Of a stretch of 64,000 bases of DNA, positions 9,632 to 18,959 are shown in pieces. Location: positions 256,001 to 320,000 of the forward strand of contig JAWBBK010000001.1 in NCBI GenBank assembly GCA_038824665.1, read 5' to 3'. The position numbers and the translations under genes were made by a program. Position 1 is the stretch's first letter, and every line of letters starts with the position of its first letter. The notes beneath the pieces were generated by a model, which was given only the letters and a program-made list of their open reading frames with translations, did no database searches and was not told the origin of the DNA. Source of the stretch: Acidilobaceae archaeon (GTDB lineage Archaea > Thermoproteota > Thermoprotei_A > Sulfolobales > Acidilobaceae).

Positions 9632-10801
9632 GTGGCATCAGAGGAGTTTGTCGTCACACCTTGGGAGGTTCGCGGTAAAGTCGATTATGACAAGCTTATA
9701 GAAGTCTTCGGCACTAAGCCTATAACTAACGAACTTTTGAAGAGGATAGAGAGCCTAGCCGGAGAGCTTCACGTCCTTTTGAGGAGACAGGTTTTCTTCT
9801 CTCACAGAGACCTAGAACTAGTGTTAAACGCTTATGAGAAAGGCGAGGGGTTCTTTCTCTATACAGGAAGAGGACCTTCAGGTCCTATGCATATAGGTCA
9901 TCTCGTGCCTTTCATTTTGACTAAGTGGATTCAAGAAAAGTTTAGAGTCAACGTCTATATAATGATCACTGATGATGAAAAGTATTTAGATGAAGAAAAG
10001 ATGAGCTTAGGCGATGTCAGAAAGTGGGCTTATGAGAACACTTTAGACATAGCGGCTTTAGGCTTTGACCCAGATAGGACCTTCATATTCCACGACATCG
10101 AGTACATCGGAAAGCTTTACCCTATGGCAATAAAGGTAGCTAAGAGATTGAACCTCAACGAAGTGAAGGCGACGTTCGGATTTACAGGGTCTACCAACAT
10201 AGGTCTGGTCTTCTATCCAGCTCTTCAGATAGTGCCTACGTTCTTCGAGAAGAGAAGATGCCTCATACCGGCAGCCATAGACCAAGACCCCTATTGGAGG
10301 CTTCAGCGAGACATAGCTGAAAGCTTTGGTTACTACAAAACAGCAGCAATACACTCTAAGTTCCTACCCCCTCTTACTGGAGTTCACGAGAAGATGAGCA
10401 CTTCTAAACCTGAAACCGCTATATTCCTTCACGACCCTCCAGAAGTCGTTAGGTTTAAGATAATGAAGTACGCTTTCTCGGGAGGTCAGCCTACTGTAGA
10501 GCTTCACAGAAAGCTAGGAGGGAACCCCGATGTAGATGTCTCGTTCCAGTGGCTTAAGATGCTCTTTGAGCCAGACGACGTCAAGCTGAAGAAGATAGAA
10601 GAAGACTATAGGAGTGGGAGAATGCTCACTGGAGAGCTCAAGGAGTATTTGATCGAGAAGCTTAATAGCTTCCTTGAAGAGTTCAGAGCTAAAAGAGAAG
10701 AAGCTAAAGAACTTCTCCGTCTCTACATGTATGACGGAAAGCTTGCTTCCACAATGTGGAGAGAAGGTCCTTGGAGCTGGGATGAACTCTCTAAGAGCTA
10801 A
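9632..10801 (+). CDS. trpS: Tryptophanyl-tRNA synthetase
   Basis: VTPWEV, YTGRGPS, HIGH, IDQDPY, KMSTS, AFSGGQ. Confidence 0.97.
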   Translation: MASEEFVVTPWEVRGKVDYDKLIEVFGTKPITNELLKRIESLAGELHVLLRRQVFFSHRDLELVLNAYEKGEGFFLYTGRGPSGPMHIGHLVPFILTKWIQEKFRVNVYIMITDDEKYLDEEKMSLGDVRKWAYENTLDIAALGFDPDRTFIFHDIEYIGKLYPMAIKVAKRLNLNEVKATFGFTGSTNIGLVFYPALQIVPTFFEKRRCLIPAAIDQDPYWRLQRDIAESFGYYKTAAIHSKFLPPLTGVHEKMSTSKPETAIFLHDPPEVVRFKIMKYAFSGGQPTVELHRKLGGNPDVDVSFQWLKMLFEPDDVKLKKIEEDYRSGRMLTGELKEYLIEKLNSFLEEFRAKREEAKELLRLYMYDGKLASTMWREGPWSWDELSKS

Positions 10802-10837
10802 TAGTTGTAGAAGTAGCTCTGAGGGCGGTGAGGAAGC

Positions 10838-11221
10838 GTGTCGTTTGGTCTCTTCGGGCTGAAACCTCAAGACCTGGAGAAATTGCTCAAAAAGCTCGGA
10901 ATAACTGTGGAAGAGGTCGAAGCGATAAGGGTCACAGTAGAGGTCAGCGACGGGTCCTTAATGGTCTTTGATAACCCGAACGTGGTAGCGGTAATGAGAC
11001 AAAAAGACTCACCTCCTCTTCTCTACGTGGTAGGAGCTTATAGAGTCGAGAAGAGAGAAAGCGGAAAAGAGTCTCCAGCGTTCACAGAAGACGACGTGAA
11101 GCTAGTAGCTGAACAAACAGGAGCAAGTCTTGAAGAGGCTAGAAGAGCTCTTGAAGAAGCCAAAGGTGATATAGCTCTAGCTATCATGAAGCTAGCCCAA
11201 AACAGAGACATGACTAGCTAA
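10838..11221 (+). CDS. nac: Nascent polypeptide-associated complex protein
   Basis: NAC domain plus UBA tail EDDVKLVAEQTG...GDIALAIMKL. Confidence 0.9.
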   Translation: MSFGLFGLKPQDLEKLLKKLGITVEEVEAIRVTVEVSDGSLMVFDNPNVVAVMRQKDSPPLLYVVGAYRVEKRESGKESPAFTEDDVKLVAEQTGASLEEARRALEEAKGDIALAIMKLAQNRDMTS

Positions 11222-11935
11222 CTTTCTTAGCTCTAATAGCAACTCGTTTTCGTCTCTAGCTAGGCTCAATATGAGAGGAATGCCCTCTCTTCTGGCTAGT
11301 TCTACAGCTAGGGGATCCACTCTTTCTCGAGGACCGTGGAGAACCACTATGCTCGGCTTTATCGGAGCTACTCTTACTGCGACCATAGGGCTTCTACCCA
11401 TAGCTACTCTAGTGAATATGAAGGCTCTCTCAGGAGTTAAGCCGAAGAGAATCGAGTACTGGATTCCACTCAGAGAGAGTATGGCTTTGATGCTATCTAC
11501 CACAGTGTAACCGTACACTAGTCTATCGACTTTAGCTTCTGGGTTTAGAAGTATTCCTTTAACTGAAGTTATGAACTCATCTAGCTTAACGGGGCTTTCA
11601 AACTCTCTCATGTCTATAACTACTTCAGGCATGATGCCAAAGCTAGCTGTTAGAGAGGAGACCTTCTTCCAGCTTCTCTTTTCATCGATTTCGAGAAGTG
11701 CAGAGACGAACTTTTGAACGAACTTCGCTCCAGGCACTCTTCTTCCTTTCTCGTAGTCGCTTATGACGCTAGGAGCTACGTTCATAGCTCTAGCTACTTC
11801 AGACTGAGAGATCTCAAAGTACTCTCTCCATTTTTTAAGGGCTGCAGCTATATTATCGCTAAACACTATGTCTCCAGCTATCCTCTTAGCCACAGTTTGC
11901 AACACATAGTCTTTAAGTATTATTTGCTCGGACAC
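11192..11935 (-). CDS. XRE-family HTH transcriptional regulator (COG1709-like)
   Basis: KRIAGDIV, LKKWREYF, SVISDYEKGRR, GYTVVDS, GRSPMVAVRV. Confidence 0.85.
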   Translation of the reverse strand: MSEQIILKDYVLQTVAKRIAGDIVFSDNIAAALKKWREYFEISQSEVARAMNVAPSVISDYEKGRRVPGAKFVQKFVSALLEIDEKRSWKKVSSLTASFGIMPEVVIDMREFESPVKLDEFITSVKGILLNPEAKVDRLVYGYTVVDSIKAILSLSGIQYSILFGLTPERAFIFTRVAMGRSPMVAVRVAPIKPSIVVLHGPRERVDPLAVELARREGIPLILSLARDENELLLELRKLASHVSVLG

Positions 11936-12030
11936 TAGCTCATCCCGAACGTATAGTTCTAGTGGGAAACTTAAAGAAGTTCCAGCACAGAGTTTGGCAT
12001 AGAGACTGAGAACTCGCTCTCAACGAGATA

Positions 12031-12133
12031 GGGCCCGTAGTCTAGCCTGGCTAGGATGCGGGGTACGCCGAGTAGAGCTGGCGCCCGAATCGGGACCCCG
12101 TGGTCCCGGGTTCAAATCCCGGCGGGCCCACCA
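12031..12133 (+). tRNA. tRNA-Pro(CGG) with 25-nt intron (12065-12089) at position 32/33; CCA encoded
   Basis: Acceptor GGGCCCG/CGGGCCC, GGTTCAAATCC T-loop; removing ACGCCGAGTAGAGCTGGCGCCCGAA gives anticodon arm CGGGG-TTCGGGA-CCCCG. Confidence 0.92.
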
Positions 12134-12137
12134 CTCT

Positions 12138-13073
12138 TCAAACATACTTAAAGGAGGCACCTTCGTTTCTAGGGTCAACTATGAAGACCTCTCCCTTTAG
12201 TCCCACCTCTTCGAGAGTTCTCTTCACTTTATCTCGGACTGAAGAGGAAGCAGTAACAGTAGTTATAGTGTAAAGAGCGGGACCCCAGCTGGACTGTGCA
12301 AGTCTTACACCTAGTTTTTCTGAAACTTCTACTACAGACTCTAAGTCTTCTCTGAATACGCCTCCTTGAACGGAGCTGAACACCATTCCTGTACCTCTCT
12401 GCATCATAGCAAGCCCTGTTAGAGCGTCTTCTAAGTCTCCTCTAGCTATTCCCGAAGCCAGTCTGAGACAGCCTGCAGACATCAGGAGTCGAGCTTCTTT
12501 GTTCGTGCTTTTAGTTAAAACATACTCCATGACTTGTTTCTCGCTGATTTCGTCTAGTCCTCTTCTTACACTCGGGAGAGCGATTACGAATCTCCAGTCT
12601 TCTGGAACCTTCAGTCTAACTAAAGGCTCGTAAGGCTTGAGCTTCGCTGGGACTCCAGACTCTACAACGAACCCTCCATACTTGAACAGAAGCGATCCGA
12701 TCGAGGAGTACTCATGGGCTCTTCTAGAGAGTTCTATCAGATCATCAATGTCAGCTTTAATTCCGTTGGCTAAAAGAGCGGCTAAAAGAGCCGCTAGAAC
12801 TGTCTGTGTAGTGCTTCCGAGACCTACATGTCTAGGGATACCTTCTAGAAGCTTCAAACAGGCTTTGAGTTTTGTTGAAAAGAGAAGCCTCTCAACGACC
12901 TCTTTAAGGTCTTCGAAGCCCTCTGTCTCAACGTTGTTGCACTTCTTGGCTTCTACTACAGCTCTGGGATAATTTATGTAGAAACCAGCTCCACCTGCAA
13001 CTATGTTCCAGCCTTCAGCATAACCTATATGATAAAAGCCAGCGTGTAGCCTGGACCCTGTAGTTACTCTCAC
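12138..13073 (-). CDS. Beta-ribofuranosylaminobenzene 5'-phosphate synthase family (GHMP kinase fold)
   Basis: GSRLHAG, PRHVGLGSTTQ, SSIG..LFKYGGFVVE, QSSWGP. Confidence 0.82.
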   Translation of the reverse strand: MRVTTGSRLHAGFYHIGYAEGWNIVAGGAGFYINYPRAVVEAKKCNNVETEGFEDLKEVVERLLFSTKLKACLKLLEGIPRHVGLGSTTQTVLAALLAALLANGIKADIDDLIELSRRAHEYSSIGSLLFKYGGFVVESGVPAKLKPYEPLVRLKVPEDWRFVIALPSVRRGLDEISEKQVMEYVLTKSTNKEARLLMSAGCLRLASGIARGDLEDALTGLAMMQRGTGMVFSSVQGGVFREDLESVVEVSEKLGVRLAQSSWGPALYTITTVTASSSVRDKVKRTLEEVGLKGEVFIVDPRNEGASFKYV

Positions 13074-13334
13074 TTTGATCTCTTCAGTTTCGCCTATGTT
13101 TAATCCCTTTAGAAGCTCGTAAAGACGGAGCTTACTAAAGTTGTGTTAAAGAGCACAGCAAAGTATTACCCGTTGGCAGAAGTTTCGTTAACTAAAGGTA
13201 TAATTTAACTGAAAGTTTACACGACTTGAATAATGCTGAGGTAGTCATATGTTCATCTTGGGATTCTCTTGACTCCAGTAGAGAGACCCTCGAATACCCT
13301 ACCTCTAAAGCAAAATCTGAATAGGAGAACAGTC

Positions 13335-13562
13335 ATGAGGTTGATTACCGTAAAGGTTCCCGAAGTCTATGTGAAGGGTATTGATGATCTAGTCAAAAGT
13401 GGAAGGTACTCAAACAGAAGTGAGGCGATAAGAGCTGCTATTAGAGAGCTACTCAAGAGAGAACTCTGGACATCTATATATTATAATGCTAGAGCTGAAA
13501 CTCTAAGCAGAACGGATGTCGGTTTCTTCAAACTACCCGACGAGATCGACGTAGAGGTCTAA
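13335..13562 (+). CDS. Ribbon-helix-helix regulator (CopG/CdrS-like)
   Basis: MRLITVKVPE...IDDLVKSGRYSNRSEAIRAAIRELL; ATG 13335 preceded by GGAG. Confidence 0.85.
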   Translation: MRLITVKVPEVYVKGIDDLVKSGRYSNRSEAIRAAIRELLKRELWTSIYYNARAETLSRTDVGFFKLPDEIDVEV

Positions 13563-15172
13563 ACGAGTTCTCTTCTCTTTTTAGCTTGCGCTTCCTCTAT
13601 AGTTCCTTTCGCTATCACTTCGTATAGAACAGCTACTTTCTTAGAGGAGGAAGGTCTAAGCAACCTCCCTAGTCTCTGTATGAACTGTCTTCTAGAACCA
13701 GTTCCTGAAACTACTACTCCAACACTGACATCAGGTACGTCTAGTCCCTCGTCTCCTACGGTGGTCACTACGAGAACTCCTGACTTCATCGATTTGAAGA
13801 GAGAGAGAGTTCTAGCTCTTTCTTCGTCTTCTAGACCTCCATGAAGAAGGAGAGCGTTAAGTCTTCTAGCTATCTCTTCAGCCTGACTTTTAAGTTGTGT
13901 AAACACTATCACCTTATTTCCTCTTTCTAGCTCTTTCTTAACTATCTCTACCACTTTCTCTAGTTTGCTCTCGCTATTGTGTATAGAGTCTAACATCTCA
14001 GAGTGAACCTTCAGAGCCTCGATCGCTGTAGGCTCTCCTCTTTTAGCGGCTTCTAGTAACTCTTGAAACGTTCTACCACGCGCTAGCTCTACGTACTTTC
14101 TCCTAAGACTTTCATAGCGTGCTCTTTCCAAAGGACTTAGTTCAACCTTTATTCTCTTTATTACAAAAGGAACCAAATACCCTCTTTCAGCTAACTCTGT
14201 TGGAGTTAGGTGATAGACCACACCTCCTACCAGAGGGAATATATCGACATGTCTCCCATCTTCGCGTTCGGGAGTAGCTGAGAGGCCTAGTCTGAAAGGA
14301 GCTGAGAGACCTAAAGCCAGCTCTTTAAACGTATTGGCTGGCAGGTGGTGGGCTTCATCGAAAACCACTAGAGCGAATTTGGAGGCAAAGACCTTAATGT
14401 TGTTTAGAGCTGACTTATAGGTCGTCACAGTTATAGGAGATATTCTCTTCTCCTCGCTATAGTAGGCTCCTACTAGGTTGCCAGCGTCGCTAAACTTTCT
14501 GAACGTCTCTATCCACTGTCTCACATGGTCTCTAGTATATACCACAACTAAGGTGTTGACCGAAAGCCTTGTCGTTCCGGCAACGGCTATTAGGGTCTTG
14601 CCGGAGCCTGTAGGGAGAGCTAGGATACCTCTGTACCCGTTAGACTCCCAGGCTTTCAGAGCCTCCTCCTGATAGTCTCTAAGTTGTCCTCTGAACGAGA
14701 TCTTTCTCGGCAACTTCGCTTCTAAAAGACCAAGCTTGTCATCAATGACAAATCCTTGTTCTGAGAGCTTATTCACTACGTCTCTGTAAACATGAGCAAG
14801 AGTCTTGAAGACTTTTTCTTCAGGAGACCAGACAACGTTATCTATTCCAGCTTTCTGGAGGTAAGGCTTGAGTAAGACTTTAGATCTAATCCTGAGAAAC
14901 CCATCAGAGCCCAGATAGACCTCTACTTTGAACTCCTCTTTATAGAGTCTTTCTATCTCCTTGAGGTCTTCTGGATCTACTTTTGATATTGAGGAAAGCT
15001 TAGCCCACACGTCTCTTAAAGTCATTCCCGATTTCCTCATTTTTTCTATGTCTATTTCAAAAAGAGCTCCCTCGCTTGTACGACCTAGGTAGTTGGAGAA
15101 CTCTAAGAGGTCTCTAAACTCGTTTTCGTTGATCCAGCCTTTGATCTTGAAGCGCAGTTTTGACTCCAACAT
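13559..15172 (-). CDS. XPB/Rad25-family SF2 DNA helicase
   Basis: LRDYQEEA, LPTGSGKT, FDEAHH, LGLSATPEREDG, DEGLDVPD, QFIQRLGRLLR. Confidence 0.9.
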   Translation of the reverse strand: MLESKLRFKIKGWINENEFRDLLEFSNYLGRTSEGALFEIDIEKMRKSGMTLRDVWAKLSSISKVDPEDLKEIERLYKEEFKVEVYLGSDGFLRIRSKVLLKPYLQKAGIDNVVWSPEEKVFKTLAHVYRDVVNKLSEQGFVIDDKLGLLEAKLPRKISFRGQLRDYQEEALKAWESNGYRGILALPTGSGKTLIAVAGTTRLSVNTLVVVYTRDHVRQWIETFRKFSDAGNLVGAYYSEEKRISPITVTTYKSALNNIKVFASKFALVVFDEAHHLPANTFKELALGLSAPFRLGLSATPEREDGRHVDIFPLVGGVVYHLTPTELAERGYLVPFVIKRIKVELSPLERARYESLRRKYVELARGRTFQELLEAAKRGEPTAIEALKVHSEMLDSIHNSESKLEKVVEIVKKELERGNKVIVFTQLKSQAEEIARRLNALLLHGGLEDEERARTLSLFKSMKSGVLVVTTVGDEGLDVPDVSVGVVVSGTGSRRQFIQRLGRLLRPSSSKKVAVLYEVIAKGTIEEAQAKKRRELV

Positions 15173-15185
15173 CTAACCCCAGGCT

Positions 15186-15620
15186 TTAGGGAGCCCTTCT
15201 GTAAGCTAGAACTTCTAAAGTCTTTAGACCGAGCTTCTCAACGAAGTTCTTGAGCCTTATAGCGCTATCTCCTGGAGCTATAAGCTCGAAACAATCGCCC
15301 TCTATAGCGACTTTCGAGACCTCAGGCCATTTTAACAGTTCGAACATGACCTCAACGCTAGCGTTACACTTACGTAGCCTCAAGCTATAAATTTTGAGAC
15401 AGTCGGGAGCAGACTCCACTTCTGCGACGAGCTCCTCGTTGTCAGAAAAGTGGAGTAGAAGCTCTAAGCGCGTCTCCTCTTTAACGTACAGCTCGGCTTC
15501 TACTTCGTCTACGAGTTCTGGTGATAGGATTCCAAGATCTTTCAGACAGACTCTAGAGGCTCCTGGCGTGGGTTCTAAGTCATCCCTTTGGAGTAGGTCT
15601 TCTCTTAAGTCCATAGTCAT
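15186..15620 (-). CDS. Hypothetical protein
   Basis: 144-aa ORF co-oriented and closely spaced with the helicase gene. Confidence 0.65.
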   Translation of the reverse strand: MTMDLREDLLQRDDLEPTPGASRVCLKDLGILSPELVDEVEAELYVKEETRLELLLHFSDNEELVAEVESAPDCLKIYSLRLRKCNASVEVMFELLKWPEVSKVAIEGDCFELIAPGDSAIRLKNFVEKLGLKTLEVLAYRRAP

Positions 15621-15634
15621 CGCCTTTAACGATC

Positions 15635-15692
15635 AACATCGGTTGAGACAGGTTTCTTCACTCTTCAGACCCGTGGTCTCCTCATCAGTTTT
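15635..15692 (-). ncRNA. Box C/D methylation guide sRNA
   Basis: C CTGATGA - GGAGACCACGGGT - D' CTGA - AGA - C' GTGAAGA - AACCTGTCTCAA - D CCGA; D guide complementary to conserved 23S rRNA UGAGACAGGU. Confidence 0.85.
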
Positions 15693-15719
15693 CTCAGCTT
15701 AGCCTCAGGCTAAAAAGCT

Positions 15720-16853
15720 CTAGAACTCTATAACTTTAGCGAATCTCGTTAGGACCTTTCTGCCTTTCTCAGTAACTAGGACTAGGTCTTCAACTCTGGC
15801 TCCGAAAACGCCCTCTATGTAAACTCCTGGCTCTACAGTTACGACCATGTTCTTTTCTAGAACTCTTTTTGAACCTGGTCTAAGATATGGCTCTTCATGA
15901 ATCTCTATGCCGACTCCGTGTCCTACGCCGTGAACGAAGAAGCGAGACAGCCCTCTCTTTTCTAGAACTCTCCTAGCAGCGTTATCGGGTTCCCAAGCTT
16001 CAACTCCTGGAGCTACTACGTCGATAGCTGCTTCTTGAGCTTCTATTAGAGTCTCAATCAATCTTCTGTATTCCTCTCGGTTCCCACTTGAGCCCCACCA
16101 GAAGCTTCTGGTCAAGTCGCTAGAATAGCCTTCGCTTATAGCGCCGAGGTCGATTAGCACAGGGCCTGGTACGCTTAATTTCGTTTGAGAGGAAACATGA
16201 TGAGGATAGGCTGTGTTCGAATAGAACGCTACTATAGGCTCGAAAGAGGTCTTCCAGCCTCCTAATCTCTTGACCTCGTAGTCTATAAGTCCAGCTAGCT
16301 CGGTCTCAGTAACTCCTGAGCTGAGAGAAGCTAGGACTCTGCGTAAAGTCTCCTCCGCTATTCTAGCGGCCTCCTCTATCAACTCTACTTCCCAAGACTC
16401 TTTAACAGCTCTAGTTCTTCTCAGCAGGTCGCTAACGTCCGTGGCTCTAATTTTAGCCTCTAGTTCTCGAGCTAGGTCAGCTCTAATCCAAGAAGAGTCA
16501 AGACCTATTCTTCCTTCACAACCCTTTAGGATATTAGACAAAGAGGAGACTAAAGAGTCGCCCGCTACGTCCCTGCTAGGCACATCAGCTTTTATCCCCT
16601 CCTCTCCGCCTCTGAAGTACGTTTTGATCTCTATCTCTTTAGGAGCAGAACGCAGAGTTCTAGTGTAATCTAGAAGAGGAACCAGCAGATAGTCTCCACA
16701 TCTCTCGCTCAAAACGAGAGCTCCTGAAACGCCTTTCAGTCCTAAAGTGTAAACTAGGTTCGGCTCTCCTGCGAGAACCAACGCTACAAGTCCAGACTCT
16801 TCAGCCAGTCTCTTCAGCTTAGATCTGTTGTTGGAGAAGCCTTTGTGCGACAA
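15720..16853 (-). CDS. Xaa-Pro aminopeptidase (M24B)
   Basis: RAVKE, PHH, LIDLG, YSSDLTR, HGVGHGVGIEIHEEP, TVEPGVY, RVEDLV. Confidence 0.93.
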   Translation of the reverse strand: MSHKGFSNNRSKLKRLAEESGLVALVLAGEPNLVYTLGLKGVSGALVLSERCGDYLLVPLLDYTRTLRSAPKEIEIKTYFRGGEEGIKADVPSRDVAGDSLVSSLSNILKGCEGRIGLDSSWIRADLARELEAKIRATDVSDLLRRTRAVKESWEVELIEEAARIAEETLRRVLASLSSGVTETELAGLIDYEVKRLGGWKTSFEPIVAFYSNTAYPHHVSSQTKLSVPGPVLIDLGAISEGYSSDLTRSFWWGSSGNREEYRRLIETLIEAQEAAIDVVAPGVEAWEPDNAARRVLEKRGLSRFFVHGVGHGVGIEIHEEPYLRPGSKRVLEKNMVVTVEPGVYIEGVFGARVEDLVLVTEKGRKVLTRFAKVIEF

Positions 16854-16866
16854 GAGCTGTCCTCCG

Positions 16867-17055
16867 CTATCTAACTCGTACTCTATTCCACTTCTTGTTT
16901 TGCCAACTATACCTCCTTATTCTCCTACTCCTACCGAAACCACAGGCAGCACAGTAGCCTTTGGCTACGTTATAGGAATGTCTGCCACACCTTCTACAGG
17001 TTATATGAGTTTTACTTCTGCCATGTTTTCCCATCGATGGAGTTCCTTTGGTCAC
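16867..17055 (-). CDS. rpl37e: 50S ribosomal protein L37e
   Basis: [30 protein letters not shown]. Confidence 0.97.
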   Translation of the reverse strand: MTKGTPSMGKHGRSKTHITCRRCGRHSYNVAKGYCAACGFGRSRRIRRYSWQNKKWNRVRVR

Positions 17056-17068
17056 AAACAGACACCTC

Positions 17069-17302
17069 TCATTCTAGCTTTGCTGGGCTTACGACCACTA
17101 TGTTATCTCCTCTTATTAGAACTCGTCCTAGAGATCTTCTGTTATCTCCTTCTACTTCTTCAGTGTTGTCAAGGACTACGTTGAGGTGCTGATCGTAACT
17201 TCTCAGGATACCTCGAAACTCCTTGCCTCCTTTGACCTTCACTAGCACAGGCATTCCAATGTAGTTTCTGAGCTCTCTAAAGGCCTCACTCACTTCAAGC
17301 AC
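17069..17302 (-). CDS. Sm-like archaeal protein SmAP1
   Basis: [26 protein letters not shown]; canonical position upstream of rpl37e. Confidence 0.93.
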   Translation of the reverse strand: MLEVSEAFRELRNYIGMPVLVKVKGGKEFRGILRSYDQHLNVVLDNTEEVEGDNRRSLGRVLIRGDNIVVVSPAKLE

Positions 17303-17372
17303 CTGTGAGTCTACAGCCTTAGGGATTTAAAAACATTCTCTAAGACCTCACTGTTAGCGTAGGAGCAGACTG

Positions 17373-17873
17373 TTGAGGCCGAGTAGAAGACATCTTCTTT
17401 CTAAACGGGAGTCTAAAGCGATAGTTGAGACCTTCAAACAGCTTATCGACGAAGAGCTGAAACCGGAAGTGATCGAAGTGGCAATATTTCAAGACTTTGA
17501 GATATATATAATAGATGGGAAGCCTGCTCTCGCCAAAGTCTCAGGAGAGTTCGTGCCTCTGCTTAGCTTTCTCCTAAGTTCAAAGACAACGACAAGAATT
17601 CCAACGATATATGTAGACAGAGGAGCAACCATAGCTCTAAGTAGAGGAGCTGACCTAATGGCTCCTGGAGTTAGAAAGGTTGAGGGAGAGTTCGAAGCTG
17701 GAGCAGTCGTAGTGGTAGCTGACGAAGAGAAAAAGGCTCCTATCATGGTAGGAAAGGCTTTAGTCTCTTCAGAGGAGCTGAGGAAAGCCGTAGAGACGAA
17801 GGCTAGAGGGAAGGTAGTGATCAATCTACATCATGTAGGAGATGAGATCTGGAAGACATCAACGCTTCTCTGA
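17373..17873 (+). CDS. PUA-domain RNA-binding protein (DUF1947/MCT-1-like)
   Basis: VDRGA...GADLMAPGV, GKVVINLHHVGDEIW. Confidence 0.88.
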   Translation: MRPSRRHLLSKRESKAIVETFKQLIDEELKPEVIEVAIFQDFEIYIIDGKPALAKVSGEFVPLLSFLLSSKTTTRIPTIYVDRGATIALSRGADLMAPGVRKVEGEFEAGAVVVVADEEKKAPIMVGKALVSSEELRKAVETKARGKVVINLHHVGDEIWKTSTLL

Positions 17874-17935
17874 GCTTGAGTTCTCAAACAGATAAATTGG
17901 AGAGAGGCATAAGGTCAGAACAGCTGGAGACTCTT

Positions 17936-17992
17936 TTACTCTTTTTCTTCTTTAGCTTTTTGTTCCTTCTTTCTCTTACACCCTTTAGCCAT
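17936..17992 (-). CDS. Candidate 18-aa charged peptide MAKGCKRKKEQKAKEEKE
   Basis: ATG with GTGGAG RBS and TTATAA box about 40 nt upstream; purine-rich codons. Confidence 0.35.
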   Translation of the reverse strand: MAKGCKRKKEQKAKEEKE

Positions 17993-18041
17993 AGCAGTTT
18001 CTCCACTCGTTCACGTTATTCCGCTAAGCCTTATAATAGGT

Positions 18042-18953
18042 TCAACTCCTAGCGGATAGAGTTCTATACCTCGGGTCAAGTAGATCTCTTAGCTTCTCTC
18101 CTAGAACGTTGATGCTGAAGACCAACAAGAATATAGCGAGGCCTGGGAAGACTATAGTGTGAGGAGCGACCCTCATATAGGCTCTGGCCTCTGCCATCAT
18201 CAAGCCCCAGCTCGGAGTTGGAGGTTGAACGCCGAGTCCCAGGAAGCTCAAAGCTGCTTCCCAGAGAATGGCTGACGATGAGGTGAAGGTAGCCTGAACT
18301 AAGAGAGGACCAGCTATATTGGGTAGCACATGTCTAGTCAGTATTCTGATGCGACTTGCTCCTATAGCTCTCGCTGCCTCTACGTACAAATTCTCTTTCT
18401 CGACAGCTACTAGACCTCTTGAGAGCCTGGCGAAGACCGGAGCCTCCGCTACCCCTATCGCTATAATTACGCTTTCGAGACCTGGTCCGAGGACTGTGAC
18501 TATGGCTAACGCTAACAACACTGCTGGAAAGCTCATGAGAGCATCGACTACTCTCGAGACCAAGAGATCAACATAGCCTCCTATGTATCCAGCTAAGAGG
18601 CCTACAGTAGTTCCTAAGACTACAGCTACGGTTACAGACGATAAGATCACAAAGACGGCTACTTTGGTTCCAAATAATATCCTTATTAGCATGTCTCTTC
18701 CCAAGTGGTCTGTGCCTAGTGGGTGCTTGAGACTTGGTAGCTGAAGCCTTTCAGCTAGATTTATGTTTGCATAAACGCTTTCTGAGACGACTCCAGCATA
18801 GAGAAGGACGGTGGTAGTGAGCGCTATAAGAAAGGTTCCACTCACGATGCAGAAAGCGATCAACGATGTTAGATCTTCTCTGAAATAGTTCAGAAGGCGG
18901 ATATTGACGTGGAAGACGTGAGAGAGTCCTTTAAAGTGAGTCCAGCGCTTCAT
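18042..18953 (-). CDS. Peptide/nickel ABC transporter permease (DppC/OppC type)
   Basis: HPLGTDHLGRDM, YVEAARAIGA..RILTRHVLPN, LSFLGLG, PSWG. Confidence 0.92.
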   Translation of the reverse strand: MKRWTHFKGLSHVFHVNIRLLNYFREDLTSLIAFCIVSGTFLIALTTTVLLYAGVVSESVYANINLAERLQLPSLKHPLGTDHLGRDMLIRILFGTKVAVFVILSSVTVAVVLGTTVGLLAGYIGGYVDLLVSRVVDALMSFPAVLLALAIVTVLGPGLESVIIAIGVAEAPVFARLSRGLVAVEKENLYVEAARAIGASRIRILTRHVLPNIAGPLLVQATFTSSSAILWEAALSFLGLGVQPPTPSWGLMMAEARAYMRVAPHTIVFPGLAIFLLVFSINVLGEKLRDLLDPRYRTLSARS

Positions 18954-18959
18954 TGCTTT

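Noticed and set aside
10778-10825. GGATGA...CTAA...CTGA at the end of trpS as a C/D sRNA
   Set aside because: Poor C' box, too short a second guide and no recognisable target
12138-13073. Methanopterin-pathway RFAP synthase homolog in a non-methanogen
   Set aside because: Such homologs are already known in Crenarchaeota; not novel by itself
15394-15702. 102-aa plus-strand ORF
   Set aside because: Antisense to a CDS and to the C/D sRNA; low-complexity Ser-rich translation
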